From Octopus sinensis (lineage: Eukaryota), in the NCBI RefSeq assembly GCF_006345805.1, contig NC_043005.1, forward strand, positions 99,510,001 to 99,574,000: a stretch of DNA of 64,000 nt, in the 5' to 3' direction. Under the pieces are notes generated by a model that had not been told where the DNA came from, did not search any database, and saw nothing but the letters and a program-made list of their open reading frames with translations. Within the stretch, counting starts at the first letter, position 1. Each line of letters opens with the position of its first letter. The translations under genes were made by a program, and so were the position numbers. Shown here one piece after another: positions 52,404-64,000 of the stretch.

Positions 52404-52596
52404 AATTAGAGATAAAACCACTATTAGGCAAATCAAACAGTGAAAAACATATATTAATTATTATTATATTATATTATAATATTATTATATTATATTATAT
52501 TAATATTAATAATATTATATTAATTATATTTATTTTTACGGTTTGGTTTATGTTTTTCACTGTTTGACTTACCTAATAGTGGTTTTATTTCTAATT
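52404..52596. repeat. Foldback element with 48-bp inverted arms around an AT-only spacer
   Basis: 52404-52451 and 52549-52596 are inverse, with 3 mismatches. Confidence 0.8.
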
Positions 52597-52617
52597 TTAA
52601 TATATATATATATTTAT

Positions 52618-53043
52618 ATATCAGTTGAATAAAGTTAAAACATGGTCTGGTTTTCACGTTTTTTATTATGGCATTTTAACATTAAAAAATATTTTGTAAT
52701 GTCCATAAAATTCAATTAGCACTTTCATACGTCTTTAGTAATCATCAGATTTCAAAATGTACATTACTGACAGATGAGTTCTTGACAGCTGTAGTACTGC
52801 TTAGAACACTCCAACAGGATGAATTTTTGGAATACGGTTTTGACCAATCCACATGCAGCTTAAGAGGTACTACAGTTGTGAAGAACTCAGCTGTCAGTTA
52901 AATACATTTTGAAATCTGATGATTACTATGAACGTATGAAAGTGCTAATTGAACTTTATGAACATTACAAAATGTTTATTTAATGTTAAAATACCATAAA
53001 AACATGAAAACCAGATCATATTTTAACTTTATTCAAGTGATAT
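52618..53043. mobile_element. Long foldback element (about 185-bp imperfect inverted arms, about 55-bp spacer)
   Basis: TTGAATAAAGTTAAAACATGGTCTGGTTTTCAC... is mirrored by ...ATGAAAACCAGATCATATTTTAACTTTATTCAA; pairing continues along the whole arm. Confidence 0.8.
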
Positions 53044-53071
53044 GTTATTCTATACACTTTCACATAAATTT

Positions 53072-53113
<42 letters not shown>

Positions 53114-53250
53114 GGAGATGTACTCGCATAGCAAGTAATTTGATCTGAGATCGTGTGCTGAAACGAAAACAGTTGCAGCGTGGAAGGTGTTTATAAGCCA
53201 TTTAAGAAACACACAAAAGCCGTTCGATTCACTTCAACATTTAAGTTTAA

Positions 53251-53300
53251 TTTGTCAAAATATTTTCGTCGCTAAAATCCGCGACCTGTTCACTGACAAA
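53251..53300 (-). ncRNA. Minimal type I hammerhead ribozyme motif with variant G3-C8 core
   Basis: Minus strand: TTTGTCA GTGAACA G GTCGC-ggatttta-GCGAC GAA AATATT T TGACAAA. 7-bp stem I, 5-bp stem II, palindromic stem III. Confidence 0.65.
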
Positions 53301-53412
53301 GTATATATATATACTTAATCATATCAAAGGAGAATGGAAATTAATTAAAATTTCCATTTCCAGTGGCCTAACGTGTAAAAGTTTAGTCCAAAGACTACGT
53401 ATCAGTCATAAA

Positions 53413-53659
53413 ATACAGTGTACATCTAAACACATGAGGAATCCACTCATGGGATTCAACATGCTAGAAAGAATAGCTAGGTTCCATAACCACAAAATTA
53501 GGGATACAATTTGACAGGAACGAAATGAAACAATAAAAACATTTTACCATCTAGATTCCTGGACCAATTGCTTTCTGATTTTAGTTTAGCAAGTAAAATA
53601 ATATACACTCGCTTGAATCCCATAAGTGGGTTCCTCATGTGTTTAAATGTACACTGTAT
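53413..53659. repeat. Foldback element with 47-bp inverted arms
   Basis: 53413-53459 and 53613-53659 are inverse, with 3 mismatches. Confidence 0.8.
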
Positions 53660-53677
53660 GTTATATACATATATATA

Positions 53678-53730
<53 letters not shown>

Positions 53731-54944
53731 TTTTATTAAAGGTGAAAATATCTTCACAAGCTGTTCCTCTCATTACCATTCGTTGGACAGATGACAACTG
53801 TTTGACAAATGGAACTCTGAGTAACAGTTTGTGAAATGTTTTGGATTTTAATAAAACTCTATCATATTACTCTACCTTCTGTACTTGAATACTATTTTTC
53901 CCACCTTGTTTTGCCTCTATGTTCTTACTTGTGTGTGTGCGCATGTGTGTATGATGATAATGATATTTATATAAATAGGAATCAAAAACACTTTGAAGCC
54001 ACATTTTTGACTCCTATTTCAAGCTAAGCTGGTGCTTCTTGGTGCTCTTGTTATATATAATTCTTATAAATATCTATTAATTTTGCCCATACAGTTTTAT
54101 GCTTACAACCACTAATATTATTATCTCTTATGAATAATAATGTTCTTCATATGTGTATGTATATATGTATATATATATATATATATAGATAGATAGATAT
54201 ACATATATATTTACATAAGCCTTGGTTGACACTCTAGATTTGTTCAGAAGTAAATGAAACAGCAATATAGAGGAGCATTATATATATATGTATACATATT
54301 TGAGTATTGCTGTCTGGGAGTTATCTTATGATAGTAGAATAGTATTTTAACTGCTATTTCTAAATTTCGGTATGTGGTGAGGTGAATTTTGCTGAACCCT
54401 AATTATAATTATGTTCATAATTATAGAATTTTTGTATAAGTTTACCGATAATGGTTCTTTTAACATACCGAACTACTTGGTAAAATTATTAATTATTAAT
54501 TGATTAATTAATTTTATCCTTTATTGTTATTGATTATATATATATATAGGAGAGGAAAAAATAATAAGGCAGAATGCTAAATTTAAAGTAAATTTTAATA
54601 AAAATGGGTTTATGAAACATTAAAAAAGGAATCAAGCTGGCTTTGATTGCAAAACAAATTTTCAAGATTTGGAAGGGGAAAAATTTCTTTTTTAAATTGA
54701 GGATGCTCGATCCTGTTGGTTTCGCTATATGAGTGTTTAAAGAAGAAGACTTAAAGTTAGAGAGTAATAGAAAGAAAACAAAAACAAAATAACACCAAGA
54801 AGCTGCATCCATTTGCGATGGATGCATCAAATTTGAGTCCATAGCACACATATATAACATAGCAGAAATAGAGATAAGCTATTTTGACAGAATAAAAGTA
54901 AAAGTTATTTTGATATGGCATTGTGATGGAAAATTAACCCTCAC

Positions 54945-55071
54945 CAATAAATGCAATTTTCTTTGATGCAAACCACCACCAATCTCCATGAATTCTGATT
55001 GTTTCGGCGTTTTTTTCCCGTATTTTTAAAAACTTTTTTGACACATAGTGTGAGTAGAATTCACCAATTGA
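54945..55071 (-). CDS. Candidate 127-bp coding exon of an unidentified gene (SIGEFYSHYVSKKFLKIREKNAETIRIHGDWWWFASKKIAFI/G)
   Basis: Acceptor TTTTCAG, donor G|GTGAGG, only one open frame, non-repetitive composition. No family recognised. Confidence 0.35.
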
Positions 55072-58000
55072 CTGAAAATTGCAGAGACTCATTACTGCAT
55101 CCTCCAAGCACTTGGAATGTTTAGATAGTCTCACATGATATGGTTTTACATGTAGGGATTTAAATTTATGATGTGAATAGGAAATAAGTTTAATTAAGCT
55201 CTAATGTTGTTATGAAATAACAAAAAATGGTTTAAATCAATCCATTTTAATTATGAGTACACAGGCCAGTCACTACTAATTCATTTGAAAAGCACTAGTT
55301 CTTGCTGGAAGATAAAAGGTTACATGAGGGATAAGAGAGATGTCTGTGGTTCTCTTTTACAGATTGGTTGTTTTTTTGAATAATGCTTTTAGTATCTGGG
55401 TTGTCTTGAGTTTTCTATCCTGAAGCAATTCAGGGTAGCTGGATATCATGTTCAGAACATCTCTATTTTATTTGCTGCTGTCCTTCCAGTCAAGATCATT
55501 CCCAATAAACTGGTCTATGATTTCTGTTATCTTGGTGATTCCATAACTGTTCAAGAGTATTTACACTTGCTGTTCAGTAAGAATTCTATTACAGAAGGCT
55601 CTTTGATATTATCTACAACCTTCTTAATGTGGTGTTTTTTTTTTCCTTGCAAATCCCCTGATAGATTGTTTATCTTAGCCATCTGTTTCTTCAACAAACT
55701 GTTTAAAAACCCAAATAGGAACTGGTGTTTGGTGGTAGATTAATTACTTTGACAAGAATGCAAGTTTGCAGATTGTTGATATCCTGGTGATGTACCACAG
55801 CCTTATCAATCACCAACAATGCCTTAGGTCAAGGATTGTGTTCTTTGCAATATCTATTTATACTTGACAAAAGAATGAGTCAAGCCACTGCATGAACTTT
55901 TCTACTGTTACTCAGGTCTTATTGTTTGCTTTCCAAATCATAAGCAAATGTAGTCTTGATATTCTCTCCATTGAAGAAAAGGCTTAGTGACATTTCATCT
56001 GTCTTTATCCTCTGAGTTGAAATTCAATTGAGATTGACTTTGCCTTTCATCCTTCCGGATTTAATAAAATAAGTACCAGTTATGCACTGGGGTTGATGCA
56101 ATCAACTAGTTCCCCCCATAAAATTTAAGGCCTTGTACTTATAGTAGAAAGGATGTTTCCTCCATTGGTCATCCTCCATTTTCTGAATAACAAACAACCA
56201 TTGGTTTCAGCCCAAAAGTCTGAAACATTAAAGCCAAGTAACAATGTTAAACAAACATTTCAGCATCCAATCACCTTGAGCCTTGCATGGAAAAATAAGG
56301 GTCAAAACAAATGAAATGGGGATATGAATATGTATGTGTATGTACGTGCATGTGTGTGTGATATATATATAGATATATGCATGTATGTATGCATGCATGC
56401 ATGTATGTATGCATGCATGTATGTATGTATGCTTGCGTGTGTGTGTATGTATGTATGTGTGTATGTATATATGTATGTATGTATATATGTATGCTTGCGT
56501 GTGTGTGTATGTATGTATGTATGTGTGTATGTATATATGTATGTATGTACGTACGTATGTATGTATGTATGTATGTATAAAGCATCCAGTTCACTCTGTA
56601 AAGTGGTTGGGAAAGGCACCCATCTGTAAAAACTATGTCAAAGCAAATCTTGTTGGTGCTAGTGCCATGTAGAATGCACCGAACCCCCTCTGAAAAGTGG
56701 TTGGTGCTAAGAAAGGCATCCAGCTGTAAAAGCCATACCAATGTAGATAGTGGAATTTGGTGCAGCCCTATGGCTTACCAGATTCTATCAAACTATCCAA
56801 CCCATGCTAAGCATGAAAGACACATGTTAAATGATGATGATGATGATGGCAGAAATGTTAGCATGCCTGGCAAAATGCTTAGCAATCTTTCGTCTGCCAT
56901 TACATTCTGAGTTCAAATTCCGCCAAGGTCAACTTTGCCTTTCATCCCTTTGTGGGTTGATTAAATAAGTACCAGTTATGCACTAGGATCGATGTAATCG
57001 ACTTAATCGCTTTGTCTGTCCTTGTTTGTCCCCTCAATGTTTAACCCCTTGTGGGCAATAAAGACATAGATGATGATGATGAATTTGATGATGATGATGA
57101 TGATGATGATGTGTGTGTGTGCAATCCTCTGAATATTTAAAATGCTGATATTCAAAAATGTCCATCTTTCTTTGTGTTTTGTTTGGTGTCTACAAGAAAA
57201 GAGAATCTGTTGAAATTATTCTATTCCAGTCAAAATATATCAGTAAAACGATTTAAATTGAAGTAGAAAAAACAGGTGGAATGATGCTTTGAATAACTTG
57301 AATGATTTCCTGTACAAACTTTCATAATTCATAGTAAATATGGATCAAGCTAAGGCTGACTGTTATATTCTGTCAAATACATTGAAAGTTGTGAGGTAAA
57401 ATTATAAATTTCAAGCAGCTTTCAAGAAATAAACTAAAATTTCTAAATATATGAATGCCGTTATATCCTGTGTTTTATTATTCCTTATTCATATTCACGC
57501 ATGTGTGAGATGGTAATATTTATAAATAAAAAAAATTAATATTTTATACTATATAGATATTTTGTTAATATCATACAATTAAATTCATGGTTTTATTGAA
57601 ATATTTCAGTTTTGACATAAAAGACTTTCTGAGCTTTGGACGAAATTGAAGGTAGGACATAACCTGAGTAAGCTATAATGGAAATATTTTGACTATTATT
57701 GATCTCACTCTCTCTCTCTCTCTCTCTGTCCCTATGTCTCTCTAATATTACTGAAGTCATGTCATCTTGTGCTGAATATAAGACAGAATATTTCAATATT
57801 TCATGACAATCCTGGTAGTGTTTATCTCAGGCTATTTCATAACAACAATTTAACTACAAAACAATTTCAGGTAACTGATTCCGCTTGACAAGTGCATTGA
57901 TTAATTAATTAATTAGAGCTCCACATATTTTCATGTATTTGTCATGTATTTGTAATCAGTGAAAGACATTCCTACACATTCATACTGCTGCATGAAACAC

Positions 58001-60294
58001 AGATTATTCTACACCTGTTGCCACCCAAAGTGCAGTCATTCTACACACGTTATCACCTAAAGAAAGTTTTCTTTTGCTCATGTGGCTTCCAGGAGAACAG
58101 AATATTCTAACAACAACTACATTGTTGAAGAATCATTTTAACCATTTAGCCACACAAAATAACTTGCTTTTCTGGTTTTTATTTATATTTGAATTATTCA
58201 GTCTATTATAAAATGAACGTATAGAAATTATAGTTTTTCTATTTTTTTCTCTTGTTCTTAAAGAGTTAAACTGGCTCCTTCATGATGTTGTTATTTAAAT
58301 TTCAAGATAGTCTCAGATCAAGTCTTTTCAGAAACGTACAAAGAACTCCAAAATATTCTAAACACTAGCCAACCTTTGTTTATAAGTTCCTTTCAACTGA
58401 AGTGTGATATTACACTTTTTCTCAAGAAATGAAGCACATCACCCAGCAAGTTTGAATATAGTAGTAGACAGAGAAAAGAAGAGATATTGTTAATTTTTAC
58501 CACTGTTGATAACAAACAATTCCACTCGCTCTGAATTGAGAGAGAAATGTATAAGGTTTGTGTTAGAGACAGGGATCCCTCATTCATCATGGTAAATTGG
58601 TTCCGAGACTGGCTGCGATAACTGAATTTCTGCAAAGTAGGGACACCATATTTACAGTATTTATTTAACGTGTATTTGGACTTTTAAAACCCTCCCTGTA
58701 CTGTTAACAGCCCAACCATTACAGTAGTCAATTAATAACAAGGACAACTGCTAAGCAATAACACTTTAGATTTTAAAAAATAAATATTCTTACTGTTACA
58801 CAGGCCAGATTACAAAATAGAAAGCTGTGATTCGTGGTCTCTCTCCACTGCACCAATCACAACCTGTGTTAAGTTTAAATAGCCTTGTATATGCTATTTT
58901 GCTATTTTACACTTGTTTTGTTGTTCCTAGACTAGGAAGTAATATTTATTATTAGTATTTTAATGGATTTAATGAAAAATTTTGGGCGTTCATATATATA
59001 TATTTTAAAAATCCACAAAGTCATGAATCCACGATAGTTGAACCGTGAAGTAGTGAGGGATGACTGTGTATGAAATTGTATGGCAATGAGACATGAATAG
59101 TGAGTGTAGCTGTGACTGGCGAGAAATGAAGGAGTACAATGTTAAAGTTAATGTGTATAATAAAAGTGAAAGTACAACATTGCAGACATCAGCAAAGGGA
59201 TCCACTCAAAGGGATCCACTCAAATACGTTTCTGTGCTGATAGCAAGAGGCAGACATGACAGGAATGAACATACCATATATGCTGATTCAGTGTATAGGC
59301 TGAGGTGAAGTTTTGGGGCCATCACTTTTTAACGTTACTGGTATATAAGTTGAGGCCATAGAATAGCAATAACTGATTGATCTCAAGAATATTTTCAGAT
59401 TAAGAAATATGAACAAACTTCAACAGAATCGTTGCAAATCATAAATTTACAATGAATAAGATGAGTTTGTCTTCAAAATCATGGAAAAACCCTGAGAATT
59501 TCAATGATGAGATGTGAAAAACTTTGCATGTTAAAATCCAAATAAGGAATTATATATTGTTGTATTGAAGCGATTTTAAGGTTATTATTAAATTAGGAAT
59601 TGAATAAATAAAAATAAGTATACTTGCTTAAATTCTTAATTTGAAACTGAGGTAATTAGAGTCCAGTATTTCAATAAATTACAACAGATAAATCCTTCTT
59701 GTTAATAGTTATCATAATGGCAATTAAAACGAAAAGGAAATGAGATTACAGGTGATCAAAGATCTCTTAAAACAGGCAGAACTTTGTACTCCTGCATCTC
59801 CATTATTCTGAAGAGATGTCCCTCTAATTACAAATGACTGGCAAGAAAACAGACACTGGTGTTACTTGTTAACACAACCCAATCATAATGATGTTGTAAC
59901 ACAATGGAAACAAATGAAATATGAAGCTGGGTTCAAAGTGAAAGTTATATACGATATGACAAAGAATACAAGAGTGCAGCTGCCAGGTAGTTCATGATCA
60001 ATGGAAACCAAATCAGGGAATGGCGAAAACAAGGAAAATTTCTAGAGAAGATGGTACACTGTGTCATTTTCTATGGGTTAAAAACACATCTTAAAAGATT
60101 CATGAGAGCAATTCATGCATGACTGGCAGAGAAGCCAAGGTACCCTTTTGAAGGTTAAAATCTGAGACCAAAATTTTGTCTTTCATGCTGGAATACATGG
60201 TAAAAGGGTGTAGTCAAGACAAGTCTAGAGATACTGGGTTAAATAAGAAAGATGGCATATTTTTAAGGGAAATTATGACTGACTACCATAATGT

Positions 60295-60640
60295 GAGGGC
60301 AAATGGCTCAGTGGTTAGAGCATTGGGCTCACAAACATAAGATAGTGAGTTCGATGTCCTGGACCAGGCTGTATGCTGTGTTCTTGAGCAAGACACTTTA
60401 TTTGATGTAGCTTCAGTTCACTCAGCTGTAGAAATGAGATGTGATGTCACTGGTGCCCCTTTGCCTTTCCTTTGGATACCATCAGTGGCATGGAGAGGTG
60501 AGGCTGGTATGCATGGGTGACTCCTGGCCTTCCATAAACGATTTTGCCTGGATTTGTGCCTTGGAGGGGAGCTTTCAGGGTGCAATCCCATTGTCGTTCA
60601 TGACTGAAGGGGGTCTTTACCCTTTTACCATACTGCAGAC
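60295..60640 (+). mobile_element. SINE family D-related copy
   Basis: TGGCTCAGTGGTTAGAG A box, GAGTTCGATGTCC B box, GTTCTTGAGCAAGACACTT body. Confidence 0.7.
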
Positions 60641-62079
60641 AGTACAATACAGGATAAATTGGGTAGGGTGGGAAATAAACATTAAAACAGTGATGATGAT
60701 GATGAGGATGAAGAACACACACACACACACTTTCTTTGACTGTGCCTGTAAGTTACTGGTAAAAATAATAGTAAAATATGTAATTCCAATGTTATTATCC
60801 ATAGTCGTAAAACTGACCAGTATTTTTAGATTCCAATTAAACTGTACAAATTTATTTTATGTAAATACACAAACACACATACACTCTCTTTCCTTTTTCT
60901 CACACACACATACAAAGAGCCATTCCTATACACACATACCTGAACTTTCAAGCACACAAGTATACACAATTCAGACGCCACACGGAGATCTTGGCAAACA
61001 TATACACAGGTAGGCACAAAGACAGATATAGGCACAGGTTCAGTCTTAAACACAAACAAACACACATAAATGTATATACAGGCATACACATATGCATATA
61101 TACATACATTCATACACACACACACAAATATAAACTTATAATCACACACGCATACACGTGCATTCTCATGTGGTTAGGCACACCCTTGCATACATGTTAA
61201 CATACACATAAACACACACATAAACACACACATAACAAACAATTTCAGCGAAACCAAACACAGAGGCTTACTTTCAAAACAGTCACACACATGCACACAC
61301 ATACACAAATGCAGACACACACAGAGATAACCATTCACACAAATACACAACTGTACAGGTACACAAACACAGAGATACACAAACTCACAAGTACACACAC
61401 ATATGTAATTGTGATATATCAGATTAAATTAATTTTCTGACAGGTTCTCCCTTTCTCTAATTTTCTATCAAATATTTTAATTTCTGTAATAAATTATAAA
61501 AGTTTAATTGGAGCTTTAATATATTGGTCAGTTTTATGAGTTGAAGAGACAGACAATAACTTTAGAAAGTCTTTCATGGAAGAAGAAAATTATTTCAGTT
61601 TATCAATTTATTAAATTCGAACAAACAAAAGATGTCTTTATTGTAAAATTGTATTTTAAAAACAATATAAAATAAATAAATGTCCGGTTTATTTCATAGT
61701 GTTATGCATTAATTCTAATTGTCAACCCTTAACCCATAAGAGACTCTGTCTGGTCACCATTGAGGGCAAAGAACTACAACCAATGATAAACTAATTATTA
61801 TTGTGTGAAACATATCTGCTATGTTTTATTTGTATCAGGTTGTGGCCATGCTGAGGCCCTGCTTTCAATGGTTTAACCAAACAAATTGCCCCTGGAATTC
61901 AATTTCAAAGCCCAACTTATTCTATTAGTCTCTTTATGTTGAACTGCTTGGCTACAGAGATATAAACACATCAATACTAACTGTCCAGTGGTGGTGGACG
62001 AGAAACACAAACACAAAGACACAAACATACATCTGCACACACACACACACACACACACATAGACGACAGACTTCTTTCA

Positions 62080-62430
62080 TCATCATCATCACCATCATTT
62101 AATGTCTGCTTTCCATGCTAGCATGGGTTGGACGATTTGACTGAGGAATGGTGAACCAGATGGCTGCACCAAGCTCCAATCTGATCTGGCAGAGTTTCTA
62201 CCACTGAATGCCCTTCCTAAAACCAACCACTCCGAGAGTATAGTGGGTGCTTTTACATGCCACAGGCATGAGGGCCAGTCAGGCAGTGCTTAAATGGTGT
62301 TTTTTTACGTGCCACCGACACAGGAGACGGTCCAGCATTACTGGCAATGACCTCGCTTGAATGTTTTTTCCTGTGCCAGTAAGATGACGCTAGTTATGAT
62401 CACGCTCGAATGGTGCTTTTTATGTGCCAC
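62080..62430 (-). mobile_element. Retroposon family C copy
   Basis: Shares the CATGCTAGCATGGGTTGGACG and GATGCCCTTCCTAA-like blocks with 5960-6195. Confidence 0.7.
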
Positions 62431-62939
62431 CTGTCTACCAAATCCATTCAGAAGGTTTTGGTCAGCCTGTGGCAAAAGTAGAAGACACTTGCTCAAAGTG
62501 CCATGCTGTGAGACTGAACCTAAGACCACATGGTTAGGAAGCAAGCTTCTTAACTCTACAGCCAAGACTGAACCTATGTGACAGCCAATTCCTTCTATCT
62601 GTCCTCCATTGGACTGGATAGACTCTCACGAGGTGGTATCAAAAGATTCCCAGATAATTTATGTTTAATAAAAAATAACTTACCTAAGTTTAACACCACC
62701 TCTTCTTTTCTGCTTCTCCCTCAGCTTGATATACCTGTCTCCTAACTCTCACTATTGGATACAGTTACCTTCTCCCCCATTCTTCCAGGCCCATTTCTTT
62801 GCTCTAATAGCCCTGTCTCACATATCATTCCACCACCACATTACTCTAGGCCTGGTTGAGACTTCACACCATTCATTTGGCCTGTGGCACTCAGTAAGCC
62901 CTCCCACAGGAATTCTCAGTTGTCATATATATGCATATA

Positions 62940-63489
62940 TTGGGTTGTCCGGAAAGTTTGTGCTGATTTTTAAAGGAAAGAAAAAGGTCAATAAATACTT
63001 GCCATTACATTTTTAATCAACCAAATATGAACCATTTTGTTGCACGATGTGTCTTCATCTTTCCTTTAACTTGAAAATACCCTCTTCCCAGAAATGAGGT
63101 GGTTTCATGGCAAAGAATTCATCAAGTTAGCTTTTTACGTCATCCAAGGAATTGAAATTTTTACCATTAAGACTATTCTGCAGAGACGTGAATAAGTGGA
63201 AATCCGAAGGAGCAATATCTGGTGAATATGGAGGGTGGGGTAATACATCCCAGCCGAGCTGCAGCAATTTCTGTCTGGTTCCACAAGTATTAAGTGCCGA
63301 AAATGAACTTTCTCATCTTCCATTTTAAAGTGTTACAGAATTAACACAGGTTATAGGAACATAAACCTTCTTCCACGAAGAGTGTACTCTAAATGAAGGT
63401 GTAGTCAGATCCTATTTTATGGACTCAACCATATTTATTGACCTTTTTCTTTCCTTTAAAAATCAGCACGAACTTTCCAGACAACCCAA
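62940..63489 (-). mobile_element. Internally deleted mariner (DD34D-type) element, 550 bp
   Basis: About 58-bp TIRs (62940-62997 and 63432-63489) with TA on both sides. N-terminal MEDEKVHFRH joined to C-terminal LGWDVLPHPPYSPDIAPSDFHLF...QQNGSY. Confidence 0.92.
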
Positions 63490-63495
63490 TATATA

Positions 63496-63790
63496 CGTGG
63501 TCTGGTCAATAAGTATCTGGACTGTTGCCATAGATTCAAAGCTAAAGCAAGCAAAGTAAGCCACTTGACACAGATTGACCTTCAACTCTGCTGTGCATGC
63601 AAACTAAGTTTTAACATTCTAACTCACTTCCGTTGTTTACAGCAGTGCTGTAACATGCAATCATTGCATCGACAGAAAAAGTTGAGCAGAGAATCTGCAT
63701 CAAATTTTGCCAAAAGCTTGGTGATACCTGCTCAGAGGCCTACGCAAAATTTTCAAAAAGCTTTCATCGTTCTCGAGACAATCAAAGAGA
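63496..63790 (+). mobile_element. 5' fragment of a second, different mariner
   Basis: TIR-like start TA|CGTGGTCTGGTCAATAAGTATCTGGAC. EKVEQRICIKFCQKLGDTCSEAY resembles a mariner N-terminal HTH. Confidence 0.7.
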
Positions 63791-64000
63791 TCTTGTGCAG
63801 CTGAAAACTGAGTGTCTTTTTGGTCAACTGAAAGCAGTTTTGATACAAACCTGACAGACACACGTCTCATGCCCAAATCTTCAATGATAATGGACTGAAC
63901 TGGACCCTAACTAATCTGCACATCCTTTGATAACTCACGAATGGTGATTTGATGTTTTCCCTTCACAGCTGCACACACATTTGTAATGTTTACCTCAGTT

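Noticed and set aside
52913-52950. CTGATGA...GAAA in both arms of the long foldback
   Set aside because: Stem II and stem I are only 3 bp each with a mismatch next to the core, which is plausible by chance in AT-rich DNA.
55300-56010. Possible very old LINE fragment
   Set aside because: The composition suggests it, but I could not read a diagnostic motif.

Overview
AT-rich eukaryotic, repeat-dominated DNA, most likely a coleoid cephalopod (Octopus-like; inferred from the SINE and microsatellite content, not from a database hit). I could not identify a host protein-coding gene; only a few low-confidence candidate exons are visible. Most ORF-track entries are microsatellite artefacts. Solid features: an intact DD34E Tc1-type transposon with IR-DR ends (28755-30384), a 5'-truncated CR1/L2-group LINE (32583-33950) and a diverged relative (about 17245-17650), decayed RTE-like, HERO/R4-like and Tigger/pogo remnants, two back-to-back mariner relics, an 8-bp-TSD MITE carrying TTAGGG-like repeats, and four interspersed SINE-like families (informal labels A-D). 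SINE and decayed-element boundaries are approximate. The most interesting signals are RNA-structural. First, several unrelated minimal (Penelope-type) hammerhead ribozyme motifs, one with a natural compensatory G3-C8 core swap and one inside a tRNA-headed element whose inverted tail copy begins at the predicted cleavage site. Second, a 3' stem-loop shared, with covariation, between the LINE and the SINE-B family. Third, a dense cluster of foldback elements at 51.2-53.7 kb.
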